64,000 nucleotides of DNA, taken from positions 104,286,001 through 104,350,000 of the forward strand of contig NC_058368.1 in NCBI RefSeq assembly GCF_018350175.1, in the 5' to 3' direction. The position numbers were made by a program, and so were the translations under genes. Shown here in pieces: positions 1-12,879 of this stretch. The notes under the pieces were generated by a model. The model was not told the DNA's origin. It made no database searches and was given only the letters and a program-made list of their open reading frames with translations. Source of the DNA: Felis catus (taxonomy: Eukaryota). Within the stretch, counting starts at the first letter, position 1, and every line of letters starts with the position of its first letter.

Positions 1-351
1 CCCAAGCCTTCTGAAAATACTTCCCTCCCCGTGGCCAGTACTAATCATGCTGTCCTACATGTGCATTTAACAGCGAATGAATGTCAGACGGCACCTCGTT
101 CTGACTTGCATGGCATCGTTGTGCATTGGTTGCGACCACCACAACTCAAGCTTTTTTGAACAGAGGCTAAATGGAAAGTGTGGTATTTCTTCCTCTGCCG
201 CCATTATTCATCTAAAAATACTATAGAAACTTTCCACTTGTGTTAGCAGATCATGCAGAAATCTTTAACACCAATGAGTGTAGGCTTTCCTCATAAATGA
301 TTTTATCCCAGTGTGTGAAATGTAAATGATTTGATTAAAAAGGGTTAGTGG

Positions 352-565
352 GGGGCGCCTGGTTGGCGCAGTCGGTTAAGCGTCCGACTTCAGCCAGGTC
401 ACGATCTCGCAGTCCGTGAGTTCGAGCCCCGCGTCAGGCTCTGGGTTGATGGCTCGGAGCCTGGAGCCTGTTTCCGCTTCTGTGTCTCCCTCTCTCTCTG
501 CCCCTCCCCCGTTCATGCTCTGTCTCTCTCTGTCCCAAAAATAAATAAAAAACATTGAAAAAAAA

Positions 566-612
<47 letters not shown>
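352..612 (+). mobile_element. Young SINEC_Fc-type Can-SINE with 42-nt pure poly(A)
   Basis: tRNA-derived head, CT-rich tract, CpGs retained, TSD gggttagtgg (342-351 / 614-623). Confidence 0.96.
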
Positions 613-615
<3 letters not shown>

Positions 616-1043
616 GTTAGTGGAAGACTTAGAAAAATTAAGGTCATCGTAATGTTGAATATAATTTCTGTTGAATGGCCTCAAACTGTTGATGTTGCTT
701 TGAATTCATTTCTGAAGTAGTCCTTGGCTAGTGAAAGGGAGGGATCTTTGAAACCTTACATTGAATTGTCTGATACTCCATACTAGGCATTGTGCTGGGC
801 AGTGAAGGAGCCAAAGTATAACGTAGGTTTCGTCCGTCACATAGACTGTGTCCCCAGAGGGAGCCAACAGACTGACAACGTCCAGAAAAATGTGTCTGAG
901 GCACACGCAGAGCTGAATGTTATGGGCATTTGGAGAAATAGGATGTTTCTGTCTAAGGGGCTATATTTTGCTTCTGAAAGGAAGTGTTCTACTTGGTGGG
1001 AAATAATCTATGAGTTAGTACTCTCTGCTTTTGGCTTTATCTT

Positions 1044-1213
1044 TTTTTTTTTTTTTTTTTTTAAGTTTATTTATTTTGAGAGAATCCCAAGCAGGCTCCA
1101 CACTGTCAGCTTGGAGCCACTTGTGGGGCTGGAACTCACGAACGGTGAGATCATGACCTGAGCCGAGAGATCAAGAGTCGGACAGTTAACCGACTGGGCC
1201 TCCCAGGCGCCCC
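1044..1213 (-). mobile_element. Can-SINE lacking most of the CT tract
   Basis: TSD tggctttatctt (1032-1043 / 1214-1225). Confidence 0.92.
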
Positions 1214-1618
1214 TGGCTTTATCTTCTCTAATTAGATTTGGTGGGTTAGAGATATGTGATGTTTATTTTTCTACAGACATCACCCACAATTAAGTTGCTA
1301 GTACCCAGTCTCCTCATTAGCAGTATTACCTAACACATTAGAAATACTCAGGTAAAATATGTAAGTAATAAACTTTGGGGAGAGAACCTCATGTATTACC
1401 ATTATTAAGCTCATATGTTGGGAATTGAACCTAAAGTCAGAAAGACGTGTAAGATAATTCATACCATGTCAGCAGACTTCATGATGCTTTTCCTGTTTCA
1501 TCAGCCAGTTACTAGTAGGGCTTAGGTTTGAACCGAAATGCCTTGAGATGAATCATACTTCCTCATTGTTTGCTCTAAGTCACTAGATAAGGCTGACTCT
1601 TGTTTGTTCTTCTTTTAG

Positions 1619-1774
<156 letters not shown>

Positions 1775-2700
1775 TAAGCTGCTCTTGAAGGCCACCTTGA
1801 CCACTGTCGTCCACCTGCTTGGCTCAGCCTGATGTCATTGTGCAGAGAGCATCGTAGTTTTCTACACTCTTGTGTCACAGGGCTTTCCTGGTTTGTTCAT
1901 TTTGCACTACATAAATGTCCCCTGGGTAGGACTGTTACTCCTAAATTAATAGATTACCCAGAACTAAAGAGGTTTCCCTTAGGAAGTGACATGCTGATTT
2001 ATTTCTAGGGCTTACCCCTTGGACCCAGATTTTCTGAACCATCTAGCAGCCTCATCCTTTTTCTTCACATTTGGAAGCCATAATAAGAAAAACATGCAAA
2101 AATTCTTTGTGAGTGGTAAATGCTTTGTGATTTTGGACAGATTCTCTCAATGTTTGAACTACGTAATAATTAGGGTCATCAGATGTAGCATTAGTTGCCT
2201 ATTAAGAATTTAGCAACTGATTCATTCGTCAGTACACCTAAGTTGCAAATGATGACATTGCTGGTTGTGCTGACGAAGTGCCTCCCAGTTGTGATGGGGC
2301 CCTGAAGGTGCATCTCCAAGCGGTGGGGACGCCGCTCGAAACCGGTCTCAGTGTATGGGTGGTGTTGATGTGGACACAAAGTACACAAGCGACCACTTAA
2401 GTATGCAGAATGCTTTGATAATCTGCCGCTCCCCTTAATTACTTGGCAAGTAATTTCAGCCTCCGTTTCCCGTCAGGGAGGAAATTTTTGTTGTTTTAAA
2501 TTTTCCCCATAAGAATAAACTCTATTCTTGATCAAGTTTTCCTTCCATTTTATTTTATTTTATTTTATTTTATTTTTATTTTATTATTTTTAGTAAAATG
2601 TTTTTCTGATTATAAAACTGAAGACTTTTTTTTGCAAGAATTTAGAAAACAAGGTAAACAGTGAGTTACATAAAATGGGGTAATGTAAAAAAAAAGGGGG

Positions 2701-2925
2701 GGGGCGTCTGGGTGGCTCAGTGGGTAGAGCATCTGACTTTGGCTCAGGTCATGATCTCGCGGTCCGTGAGTTCGAGCCCGTCATCGGGCCCTGTGCTGAC
2801 AGCTCAGAGCCTGGAGCCTGCTTCTGATTCTGTGTCTGCCTCTCTCTCTGCCCCTCCCCTGCTCATGCTTTATCTCTCTCACTCTCAAAAATGAATACAT
2901 GTTAAAAAAAAAATTTAAAAAAAAG
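2701..2925 (+). mobile_element. Can-SINE
   Basis: ggggcgtctgggtggctcag head, CT tract, A tail. Confidence 0.93.
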
Positions 2926-3995
2926 AAAGAAACTTGTATATTGCCTGTTTTGTGTACTTTATTATTCATGACATAATTTAAAAAATTATTTTAGACCTAT
3001 TTTGTCCTGACAGTATTTTGAAGTTTTCATGTAGCAATAGGTCTAGAAGGATCTTTGAGTTCACTCAGTCCGCACATAATAATCTTAGGCCAAAGGCGGA
3101 GAAGTGATTGAGTTCACTCAGTCTGACACAGATCTAGGTGAGTTTAGATACTTGCCCAAGAGGCTGCAGGCTGATAGATGGGTTTTTCTCCTAGTTCCCT
3201 GTTTTTCCTTTTACCCCTCATACTCTTTAAAGATAATCTTTTTTTCCTTTGCACCATCTTAAGAGCTACCTTTCCAAAAAAAAATAGGCTTCTGTGTTCC
3301 TACTATGTGTTGACATTTACTATTTTTCTCCATTTAATAAATCATACTCTAGTCATCACCTTTCTCTGAATTTCACATGGCCCCTACACTTTTCTTTCTT
3401 GGCAGCTGCATATTCCGCTTAGTTATGCTAGGTATAGATGTTTTACAGACAGAGGCACAGACTTGCCTGTTAAATAGTGATAGGTTGTGAAACTTGGTAG
3501 CCACCTTTCCTGACTCAGGCTCAGGGCTGTTTCCCTCTTGGCTTCTTAGTTATACTCCTGTCCTTGACAGTTTTTTGTTAACTTCTGGTTAATGGTCTTT
3601 AAACAGTGTTAGGCGGGGCCCTGGGTTTCCAGGAGCTAACTCCTTACGAAATAGGAGAGATGCACCTCCTTCAGCCAGAATAGTTTTGAATTTCTTTGAC
3701 TTTGGGGAGCTGCAGGGGGCAGGGTGTCCTTCCTCCATTCATTACTTGTATCAGATTTTATGGTAAGTAATATATCTTGAAGAGTGTCTTCATTAGTTCA
3801 TAAACTTTAGCCTCTTAGAAAGAGAAGCAAAAAGCCACCCCTCCCAGTATTTCCCATTGTGCATTTTAACTGCATTTGTTGTTGGGCCATACCTGTTTCC
3901 TCATGCTGCCTCTTAGGCCATACAGTTTCCTTTTGGTTATTTGACTTATGCTAGTGAGGTACTTCTTAAACTTGATTTAAAATTGACATAGCCTT

Positions 3996-4113
3996 GGGGC
4001 ACCTGGCTGGCTCAGGCAGTAGAGCATGAGACTCTTGATCTCAGGGTTGGAAATTTGAGCCCACGTTGGGTGTAGAGATTGCTTAAACATAAAAAAAATA
4101 ATACTAAAAAAAT
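3996..4113 (+). mobile_element. Short-form Can-SINE
   Basis: tRNA head followed directly by A tail; TSD aaaattgacatagcctt (3979-3995 / 4114-4130). Confidence 0.9.
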
Positions 4114-4417
4114 AAAATTGACATAGCCTTTAAAATGCTGACTTAAAATATTTTTAAATAACATAGATACGATAGTAGTAGTCTTTTGAAATTAGGAATT
4201 TTGTATATTGCTTACAGCATTTCTTTTATTTCTGTCTAGTTTTTTAGTGGCCAAATTAATTGGTTGATCACAGTCTGTCTGGCTTGCAGAAGACTCTCCA
4301 TTAGCACTTTGAAAGCACCTCTAAGTTTTTTTTTTTTTTTCTTTCTAACCTTCAGACTCTGGAAGCTTCTATTGTAGCTAGACCCTAATAAACTAGTACA
4401 ATTATGTTACATACTAT

Positions 4418-4455
4418 TAAAACAAACAAACAAACAAACAAACAAACAAACAAAA
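4418..4455. repeat. (AAAC)n microsatellite
   Basis: Direct reading. Confidence 0.9.
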
Positions 4456-4708
4456 GACCAGCAGAAGTCAGCTATAAAGTATTTTAGAGTGAGGGGTAGG
4501 ATCATACATGTAGATAATCTAGTTTGACTTCTTCATTTTTCAAATGTGGATACTGGTTTAGTGAGGTTAGTTACAGCTTGCCCAGAGTTTCGAAGGTACT
4601 TAATGGCAGACTTGCAAGAAGAATCTAGGTCTGTCTCTCATGTTGTATTCTTTGTGTTTGCCTACACGACAGGTGTTGTGTAGCTATTTAAAATATCATT
4701 TATTTCTA

Positions 4709-4937
4709 GGGGTGCCTGGGTGGCTTGCTTGAGTATCCAACTCTTGATTTTGGCTCACATCATGATCCTGGGATTGTGGGATCGAGCCCTGCGTCATGTT
4801 TCATGCTGAGCTTGGAACTTCCTTGAGATTCTCTGTTTCTCTCACTCTCTATCTCTGTCTCTCTCCCTCTGTCCCTCAACTCCATTTGTGCTCTCTCTCT
4901 CTCTCTCTCTCTCTAAAATTAAAAAAATATATATACA
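4709..4937 (+). mobile_element. Can-SINE
   Basis: Head, CT tract, tail; TSD atttatttcta. Confidence 0.9.
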
Positions 4938-5117
4938 ATTTATTTCTAAATGATTCAGAGTAACTTTAAAACTTTTTTATACCTTGATTTTGTTTTTTCC
5001 CCACTTATATAGCTCTGTAATATCAGAGGCAGAAAAGTAGAGACATTTTTAGGTTTACAAATCTGGGCTCAGAGGTTACCTCTGAATCTTGGGTACTTCA
5101 TGCCTTTCATCAACTCC

Positions 5118-5540
5118 TTTAATGTTTGTTTATTTTGCAAGAGAATGAGAGAGAGGGGCGCCTGGGTGGCGCAGTCGGTTAAGCGTCCGACTTCAGCCAG
5201 GTCACGATCTCGCAGTCCGTGAGTTCGAGCCCCGCGTCGGGCTCTGGGCTGATGGCTCAGAGCCTGGAGCCTGCTTCCGATTCTATGTCTCCCTCTCTCT
5301 CTGCCCCTCGCCCGTTCATGCTCTGTCTCTCTCTGTCCCAAAAATAAATAAACGTTGAAAAAAAAAAAAAGAGAATGAGAGAGAGCGTGGGCAGGGGAGG
5401 GAAAGAGATAGAGTTCCAAGCAGGCTCCTCACTGTTAGTACAGAGCCTGACACGGGGCTCAAACCCAGAAACCGTGAGATCATGACCAGTCCCAAAACAA
5501 AGAATTGGATGCTTAACCAGTTGAGCCACCCAGGCGCCCC
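5118..5540 (-). mobile_element. Older Can-SINE interrupted by a younger SINE
   Basis: Tail at 5118-5154; body resumes at 5371-5540. Confidence 0.88.
5155..5368 (+). mobile_element. Young SINEC_Fc-type SINE nested in an opposite-strand SINE
   Basis: TSD aagagaatgagagaga (5139-5154 / 5369-5384). Confidence 0.95.
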
Positions 5541-5656
5541 TGCAAATGCAGTTTAAATGCAAGTTTTCGAGGTAGGGATTATGTTTAGTATCACTCTTAA
5601 GATGAATGCCTCCTTCTGATATGGACTGTCAGATGCTGCTCTGGATTTTAATTAAT

Positions 5657-5879
5657 TATTTTTTATTTATTTATTTATTTATTTTTTATTTTTGAGACAG
5701 AGAGAGACAGATCATGAACGGTGGAGGGGCAGAGAGAGAGGGAGACACAGAATCGGAAGCAGGCTCCAGGCTCTGAGCCATCAGCCCAGAGCCCGACGCG
5801 GGGCTCGAACTCACGGACCGTGAGACCGTGACCTGAGCTGAAGTCGGACGCTTAACCGACTGAGCCACCCAGGCGCCCC
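5657..5879 (-). mobile_element. Can-SINE (SINEC_Fc-like)
   Basis: Full body; TSD taattaattattttt. Confidence 0.94.
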
Positions 5880-5899
5880 TAATTAATTATTTTTTAAAT

Positions 5900-7500
5900 A
5901 ACCTTTTTATTTTGGCATAATTCTGGATTTACAGAAAAGTTAGAAAGGTAGTACAGGCAGTTCCCCTGTCTCCCTCAACCAGTTTTCTCCCATTGTAAGC
6001 ATCTTATATTATCATGGTATATTTGTCAAAATGAAAGCGCTGCTGTTGGTACAGTACTACTAACTAGACTGCAGACTATTTGGATTTTATCACATTTTCT
6101 ATTGCACTTGTTTTCCTTCTCCAGGGTACCACCTGTCTCCCTAGTCTCATCAGGCCTGTGACAGTTTCTTAGGCTTTCCTTGTTTTTTATGACCTTGAGA
6201 GTGTTGAGAAGAACTGGCCACTTACCGTGTATACTGTCTCCCAATCTGAGTTTGTGTGGTGTTTTTCTCATGATTAGACTGGGGTTCTGGGTTTTAAGTG
6301 CCTTTCTTGTCTCATCATGTCAGGGGTCACATGACATCATTGGTGATACTAACCTTCATCACTGGTTAAGGTAGTGTTTGCCAGGTTTCTCCACTGTCAT
6401 TACCATTTCTTTCTTTTTATACTCTGTTCTTGGAAAGCAACCCACTAAGTCCAGCCCACTCTTGAGGGTTAAGGGATGGGAAATAAGCTCTCCATCCTGA
6501 AGGGGTATCTACATTTATTAAGTGGAATTCCCTAGTAAAGATGTGTCTCTTCTTTTTAAAATTTATTTATATTTTATTCATTCATTTTGTTTATATTAGT
6601 ATGGACTCATGAATATTTATTTTATCTTTTGGGTTAATCCAATTCTACATTCCTTTATTGGCTTAGATGGTCCCAGCTTTGGCTATTAGGAGTTCTGTCA
6701 GATTGCCTATCATGTCCCCCCTTTTTAAGCACTTTTTTACTTTCTAGTACTGTAAGATACTCCAGGTTCATCTTGTATTTTCCCTGCACTAGCCCTAGAA
6801 TCAGACATTTCTCCATGGAGCCTTGGTTCTTTTTATTAGAGAATAGTATATAGAAATGATGATCTGGACACTGAGTGTCTCACTGGTCTGGGGGTGTCAT
6901 TGCTTCTAGGCCCTCTTGTGGATGGAGCTAGCTGACATAGGTATTATGCTAAGCCGAGTTTACACACTTTCTATAACGTATTTCTGTCCACTTGTATTTA
7001 TATTAAACAAAACCTAAGTTAATAAGATGTTTCTGACTAACCCCATCCCACAGGGTTCATTTTAGGCTTTCTTGTTTGCTTGTCTATAACTTTTCTCTTT
7101 TTTTTTTTTTTTTTTTTTAATTTTTTTTTCAACGTTTATTTATTTTTGGGACAGAGAGAGACAGAGCATGAACGGGGGAGGGGCAGAGAGAGAGGGAGAC
7201 ACAGAATCGGAAACAGGCTCCAGCCTCCTAGCCATCAGCCCAGAGCCCGACGCGGGGCTCGAACTCACGGACCGTGAGATCGTGACCTGGCTGAAGTCGG
7301 AGGCTTAACCGATTGCGCCACCCAGGCGCCCCTATAACTTTTCTCTTTGAGAGTAAAAAACCTAGTTTCTTCCATCCTGTTTACTTATTTGTTCAACCCA
7401 AGTATAGATGTAAAGCACTTTCAAAAATTTTAACCCATACCCCTGTGAGAAACACATAAACCGAGTAAAGGGTAGTGTTTCTGCACAGTGTAGATCCTCT
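5900..7500 (-). mobile_element. Ancient L1M (L1MB/L1MC-like) 3' end relic, interrupted by a SINE
   Basis: Typical 3' UTR sequence (ttttattttggcataattctggatttacagaaaagtt..., cttgttttttatgaccttgagagtgttgag); subfamily from recall. Confidence 0.65.
7101..7332 (-). mobile_element. Young SINEC_Fc-type SINE
   Basis: TSD tataacttttctcttt (7085-7100 / 7333-7348). Confidence 0.96.
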
Positions 7501-7740
7501 TTTGATTTTTAGCCTTCTAGGTTTAATTTTTGCACGATACATGCCCTTTGGATTCTGCTCTGATGCAGCTACTTGTGATTCTAAGGGTGTGAACTATCTT
7601 TCAGGCTGAGTTGATCACCTTTGTCATTTTTTTGAGGTTACTGAGATGAATTCTGTCTTGGAGAAATACAGAAGAATAATAACCTAGTGAGCCACAAGGT
7701 TCTCAGATGAACTTTCTGGCTTAGGCTGTGTGATTTCTCA

Positions 7741-7966
7741 TTTTTTTAAATTTTTTTTTTTTCAACGTTTATTTATTTTTGGGGACAGAGAGAGACAGAA
7801 CATGAACGGGGGAGGGGCAGAGAGAGAGGGAGACACAGAATCGGAAACAGGCTCCAGGCTCTGAGCCATCAGCCCAGAGCCCGACGCGGGGCTCGAACTC
7901 ACGGACCGTGAGATCGTGACCTGGCTGAAGTCGGACGCTTAACCGACTGCGCCACCCAGGCGCCCC
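7741..7966 (-). mobile_element. Young SINEC_Fc-type SINE
   Basis: Nearly identical to the copy at 7101-7332. Confidence 0.95.
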
Positions 7967-8782
7967 TAATTTTTTTAAATACCAAATGCAAAGTTTTATG
8001 CTTAAAATAGTATCTTACAAACCACACTATATTGTACAGTCTTTGTATGCTGCCTGATCATGAGAGCGCAGCAGTCCTAAAGGGACACTGTCCCTGGGAA
8101 TTACCAGAATCCCCTTCTGTGGTTTCTGCATAATTCCAGCAGTTCTCCAAAGCATACTTTCTCCCTTAGGTTTCTTTTTGTCAGTGAGTTTCCTACCTTT
8201 TTCGTTCTTTACCACTGAGTTTCCTATCTTTTTTTGTTCTTTACTTTTGTTAATTTATACTTTTGAGTGAAAAGGTTTGTAGGGGAGCCAGACTCGACTT
8301 TTACTAAAACCACAACTTTAAAAATTTTGTTTTATTTGGCCAAATACCGAAAAATTATATGTATGTTTATAACATACTGCATTTGAAGAATTTACCTCTT
8401 TTTGAAGTCTTTTACAAGTCAAAACTTCCCAAGGGCTGTATTTTGTATTTGAGAGATTTTGGTTTTTAATTTTTTTTAAGTTTACTTATTTTGAGAGATA
8501 GAGAATGTAAGTGGGAAGGGACTGAGAAAGAGGGAGATCATATATCTATCGATCTTAACAAAAAATATTCAAGCAGTCTTCTTATTTTATGTGTCGAGAG
8601 AGCCAGCCTGAGTGGGGGACGGGCAGAGGAAGAGGGATAGAGAGAATCTTTTATTTATTTTATTTATTTTTGAAAATTTTTAGCTTTATTTGTTTTCCCA
8701 TCCAGGAAATGGTTTAAGATAGGTGCTTTGTGCTAATGTTGAAACATTCCTAGAAAGTAATTGTGTTCCCTTGACTCTGAAG

Positions 8783-9003
8783 TCTAGAGCATGTTTGGAG
8801 AGGATTCAAGAGTTGGAGGACTTGCTCGCTAAAGAAAGAGACAACTCTAGGCGCATGCTGTCTGACAAAGAGCGAGAGATGGCGGAAATAAGGGATCAGA
8901 TGCAGCAACAGCTCAATGATTATGAACAACTTCTTGATGTAAAGTTAGCCCTGGACATGGAAATCAGTGCTTACAGGAAGCTCTTAGAGGGCGAAGAGGA
9001 GAG
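8783..9003 (+). CDS. LMNB1: Lamin B1 exon 6 equivalent, end of rod with IF consensus motif
   Basis: ctgaag|TCT...GAG AG|gtaagt; 221 bp; [20 protein letters not shown]...[21 protein letters not shown]. Confidence 0.98.
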
Positions 9004-9249
9004 GTAAGTAACTTCGGTGTCACTCTGCCCCATACTTTTTGTCCTTCCCCTTTTTATTTAAGAGTAGTAAATAGGATTGAGCTTTTGCAAAAATTTTATT
9101 TTAGCATTTAAGGCAACCTTAAATATTTTCTCTGTCATATTTTAACACTGGAGTATAGATATAAGTAGAAATGGATCATCTATCTCTCTCAACAACAAAA
9201 ATATTCAAGCAGTCTTTTTTATTGTATTGTATTCTATCTATCGTATTCT

Positions 9250-9626
9250 ATTTTATTTTATTGTTTGAGAAACCGAGCACGAGTGGGGGAGAGGCCAGAG
9301 GAAGGGGGATAGATTTTTTGTTTTTGGAATTTTTTTTAGCTTTATTGAGATATAATTGACAAATAGAATTGCAATATATTGAAAGTGTACAACATGATGA
9401 TTTGGTATATGTATACATTGTGAAAAGATTCCCACCCCAGAGTTAATTTTTTTTTTTTTTTCACCCCAGAGTTAATTAATATGTCAGTTAGGGAGAGAGA
9501 ATCTTAAGCAGGCTCCATGCCCAGTGTGGAGCTTGACATGTGGCTGGATCTCGTGACTGTGAGATCATGACCTGAACTGAAATCAGGAGTTGGATACGCT
9601 AACCAACTGAGCCACCCAGATGTCCC
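9250..9626 (-). mobile_element. Can-SINE split by an L1 fragment
   Basis: 3' part at 9250-9312, remainder at 9490-9626. Confidence 0.8.
9313..9490 (-). mobile_element. Short 5'-truncated L1 3'-end fragment inserted in a SINE
   Basis: ttttagctttattgagatataattgacaaatagaattg...aaagtgtacaacatgatgatttggtatatgtatacattgtgaaa; splits the SINE at 9250-9626. Confidence 0.7.
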
Positions 9627-9830
9627 TGTTACTATTATTTTAAATGCTGGACTGTGTCAAGATGCAGAGTCTTTTTCTTGAGATTTTAAATATTATGTTG
9701 TAAAATACTACATTTGCTGAAAGAGACCTTTATGCTTATTTTTCAAATATGGTTAGTGTATAAATCCTTTGATACCTGTTCTTAGAAAAAAGTTGCAAAG
9801 CCTAAGTGTCTGATTTAGAATAAAAAGCCA

Positions 9831-10034
9831 GGGCGCCTAGGTGGCTCAGTCGGTTAAACATCCGACTTCAGGCCAGGTCATGGTCTCACAGACTGTGACT
9901 TCTGGCCCCGCGTTGGGCTCTGCGCTGACAGCTCAGAGCCTGGAGCCTGCTTTGGATTCTGTGTGTCCATCTTTCTCTGCCCATCTCCTGCTCATGCTTT
10001 GTCTCTCAAAAATAAATAAATGTTAAAAAAAAAA
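9831..10034 (+). mobile_element. Can-SINE
   Basis: Head, body, A tail; degenerate TSD tttagaataaaaagcca / tttggaatgagaagcca. Confidence 0.92.
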
Positions 10035-10271
10035 TTTGGAATGAGAAGCCATTTAGTTTCAGTGTTACATACATTGTAGTAGGTGGGTTGGTTCCTCTCC
10101 CCATGTTTTCCAGACTTCCTGCATAACAATTACATTCTGTTCCTAGGGAAAAACATTCCGATATTATTTTTTAAAGAACATTATGGTGGGCACTCTAGCA
10201 CAAAGACTTTTGTCTTAGTTAAGATGTATATCAGCCTTGTTCAGCAGATCTTCAGTGATGTTTTGCTTTAG

Positions 10272-10610
<339 letters not shown>

Positions 10611-11371
10611 TAGGAAGGCTTTGCTGATTGGTAGACTATTTTGCATTGCTAATAATTCCTCAGCCTTTATTTGGATTCAGTAGTCTTCACAGAATAAGAG
10701 TTGCCCTCCTCTATTTTTTACTTAAATTCACGAAGTAAAATACACATTGAAATAGGAGGAGGAAGAGGAGAGGGTACACTTAGTGATTTAAAGATGTCCT
10801 TCCTTAGCCTTTCTGTACAGAGCCACAGCTTTTTGTCACACTTGGCCATTCTGTCACAGTGGCCTTCCTAAGGATGAGTTGTTGTTACACCCTTCCCTAG
10901 CCAGATTGGTGGAAAAGTTGGAGTGGGAGTGTGAAAATGGGAGATATTTTTTCACAGCCGTTAACATCAGAAAAGGAAGGAAATGTGAGGCTAGAGTCAG
11001 ATATATGCAGGGAGTATTTTGCTCTTTAAATGAATAAATGAATAAAAACTCATGATATAATTTATATGAAGAATTGTATGGAGCCCTATCTTGAAATTAT
11101 TTGTTTAAAAGTTAGACAAAATATTCATAGCAGGGAATTGTGAGGTTTTGAGCTGGGGTTTTTGAGAGCTCAGAAGTGAAGTTCCTTCCTGGCTAGGCAT
11201 CATGGAGCTGGAGGCCATGCAGGGGTATGTGCGATGATGCTGGATGGCAGGCCTGGGGGTTCCATGGGGGGTGCAGTGGGATGAATGTCACTTCCTGAAG
11301 CATTGTTTAGGATTTGTCAAATGTTGTTCGTGAAAACCACTCCTTTTCTCACCAGAGCTATTGAAGCTGCC

Positions 11372-11372
<1 letters not shown>

Positions 11373-11420
<48 letters not shown>
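11373..11420. repeat. (TG)24 microsatellite in an LMNB1 intron
   Basis: Direct reading. Confidence 0.97.
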
Positions 11421-11424
<4 letters not shown>

Positions 11425-12260
11425 AATACATAATTTGGATGGGCAAAGGAAAGCTAGTAGTTCACATACTAAAAGAGAACAGGCTCTGTGCCCTCTTAGT
11501 CACGACTTTAAAACCTGAAGAAAAAGAGTAGCCTCTGCTGCTCCATTATTGTAGTTTGGCTGTTTTTCAAAAGGCCTAATAGCCCTGTGTTGAGTTATTC
11601 TACAGCTGGCTTTCAGCCTGGTTTATTCCTGGCTTTGAGTTAGAGATGGATATAGATCAGTCCAGCTAATTGCTTTAAATACCCTGCACCTTTTCTCGGG
11701 TGTCAGGCAGCCCTGGGTAGCTTGGGGGCCTGCGGTGATAGACCTCACTTGGGACTGGCTCATTGCATCACTGACCCTTTTTCAGCCCCTCATGCTTTGA
11801 GGTAAGGGAGTTACATGTGGGCAGAAGTGGTATAGGTGCAAAAGATAAAGGACACATTTTCTTCCATCTGTTTTTATGTGTCTGTATTTTTTTAAAGCTT
11901 AAATTAATCAAATGTTAGATGTTTATGATCGTGATTATGACCGCTAGATTGTGTTGTAAATTTCAAAGACCCACCTGATCTAGCAGTGACTATGAACCAT
12001 TTAGTTTGGTTCACATTCCTTTTATTCCAGTTTTGTCTTCTTTAAAATAAAGTACCTTAATATTAAAACTGTAGCACTATTGAAGTTACTGCTCTGCTAA
12101 ATGACAAAACCATGTTTTCTTTTTGTAGTAGGAAAATAGATTCCTAGGAAGACTCCCATAGAGCCTTCTTAGTTTAACTGCCTGTGTAAGTTCATTTATA
12201 TGGTTATCTATCGCTTTCTGTATATTTCATGTGACCTTGTTTTATTCTTTTTGTGAATAG

Positions 12261-12392
<132 letters not shown>

Positions 12393-12879
12393 TAACTTCA
12401 GTGTCTTAACTAACAGTTAAAGTAATTCAAGAAAATTTTTGGCTTCAAGGGAAGCATTTTAGAAGTGGGCATTAAAACATCTTTGACATTATTAGGGAAT
12501 TACAAGTACTATTAAAGATTTTTAAAATCCTATTTTATTGAGAGTGGTAATTGACTATTAAAAGTGAAAGTATTGACCTGTGAATAATCTTTATTTTGTC
12601 TACTCCAGTAGATATAAAACAGCTGTCTCTTGACATTATTGTAGCCAGTCTGATTCAGGAGATACTGCTTAGCATAAAGAACTATTAGGATAATCTTTTA
12701 ATGCTAAGGTATGCCTTAAAATGACAGTTGTCTGCCTTGGGTGACTGACCTTCAGCATCATTTGGGTAGTGCTTTGGTGTCCAGGACCCACCTCACCCTT
12801 AGTCACCATCTCTGGTGTTGGATTAGAGACCTGTGGTTTGAACAATAGTCATTAAGTGATAGATCCTAGAAAGAATCAC

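Noticed and set aside
352..430. tRNA-like A/B boxes in SINE heads
   Set aside because: These are tRNA-derived SINE promoters followed by SINE bodies, not tRNA genes.
376..684. 102-aa ORF, and many similar MAQSVKRPTSAQV / FIYFWDRERQS ORFs across the window
   Set aside because: Translations of Can-SINE bodies and poly(A) tails, not genes.
8723..8782. N-terminal extensions of ORFs 8723-9007 and 10278-10613
   Set aside because: Stop-free intronic sequence upstream of true LMNB1 splice acceptors; canonical exon boundaries explain the homologous part.
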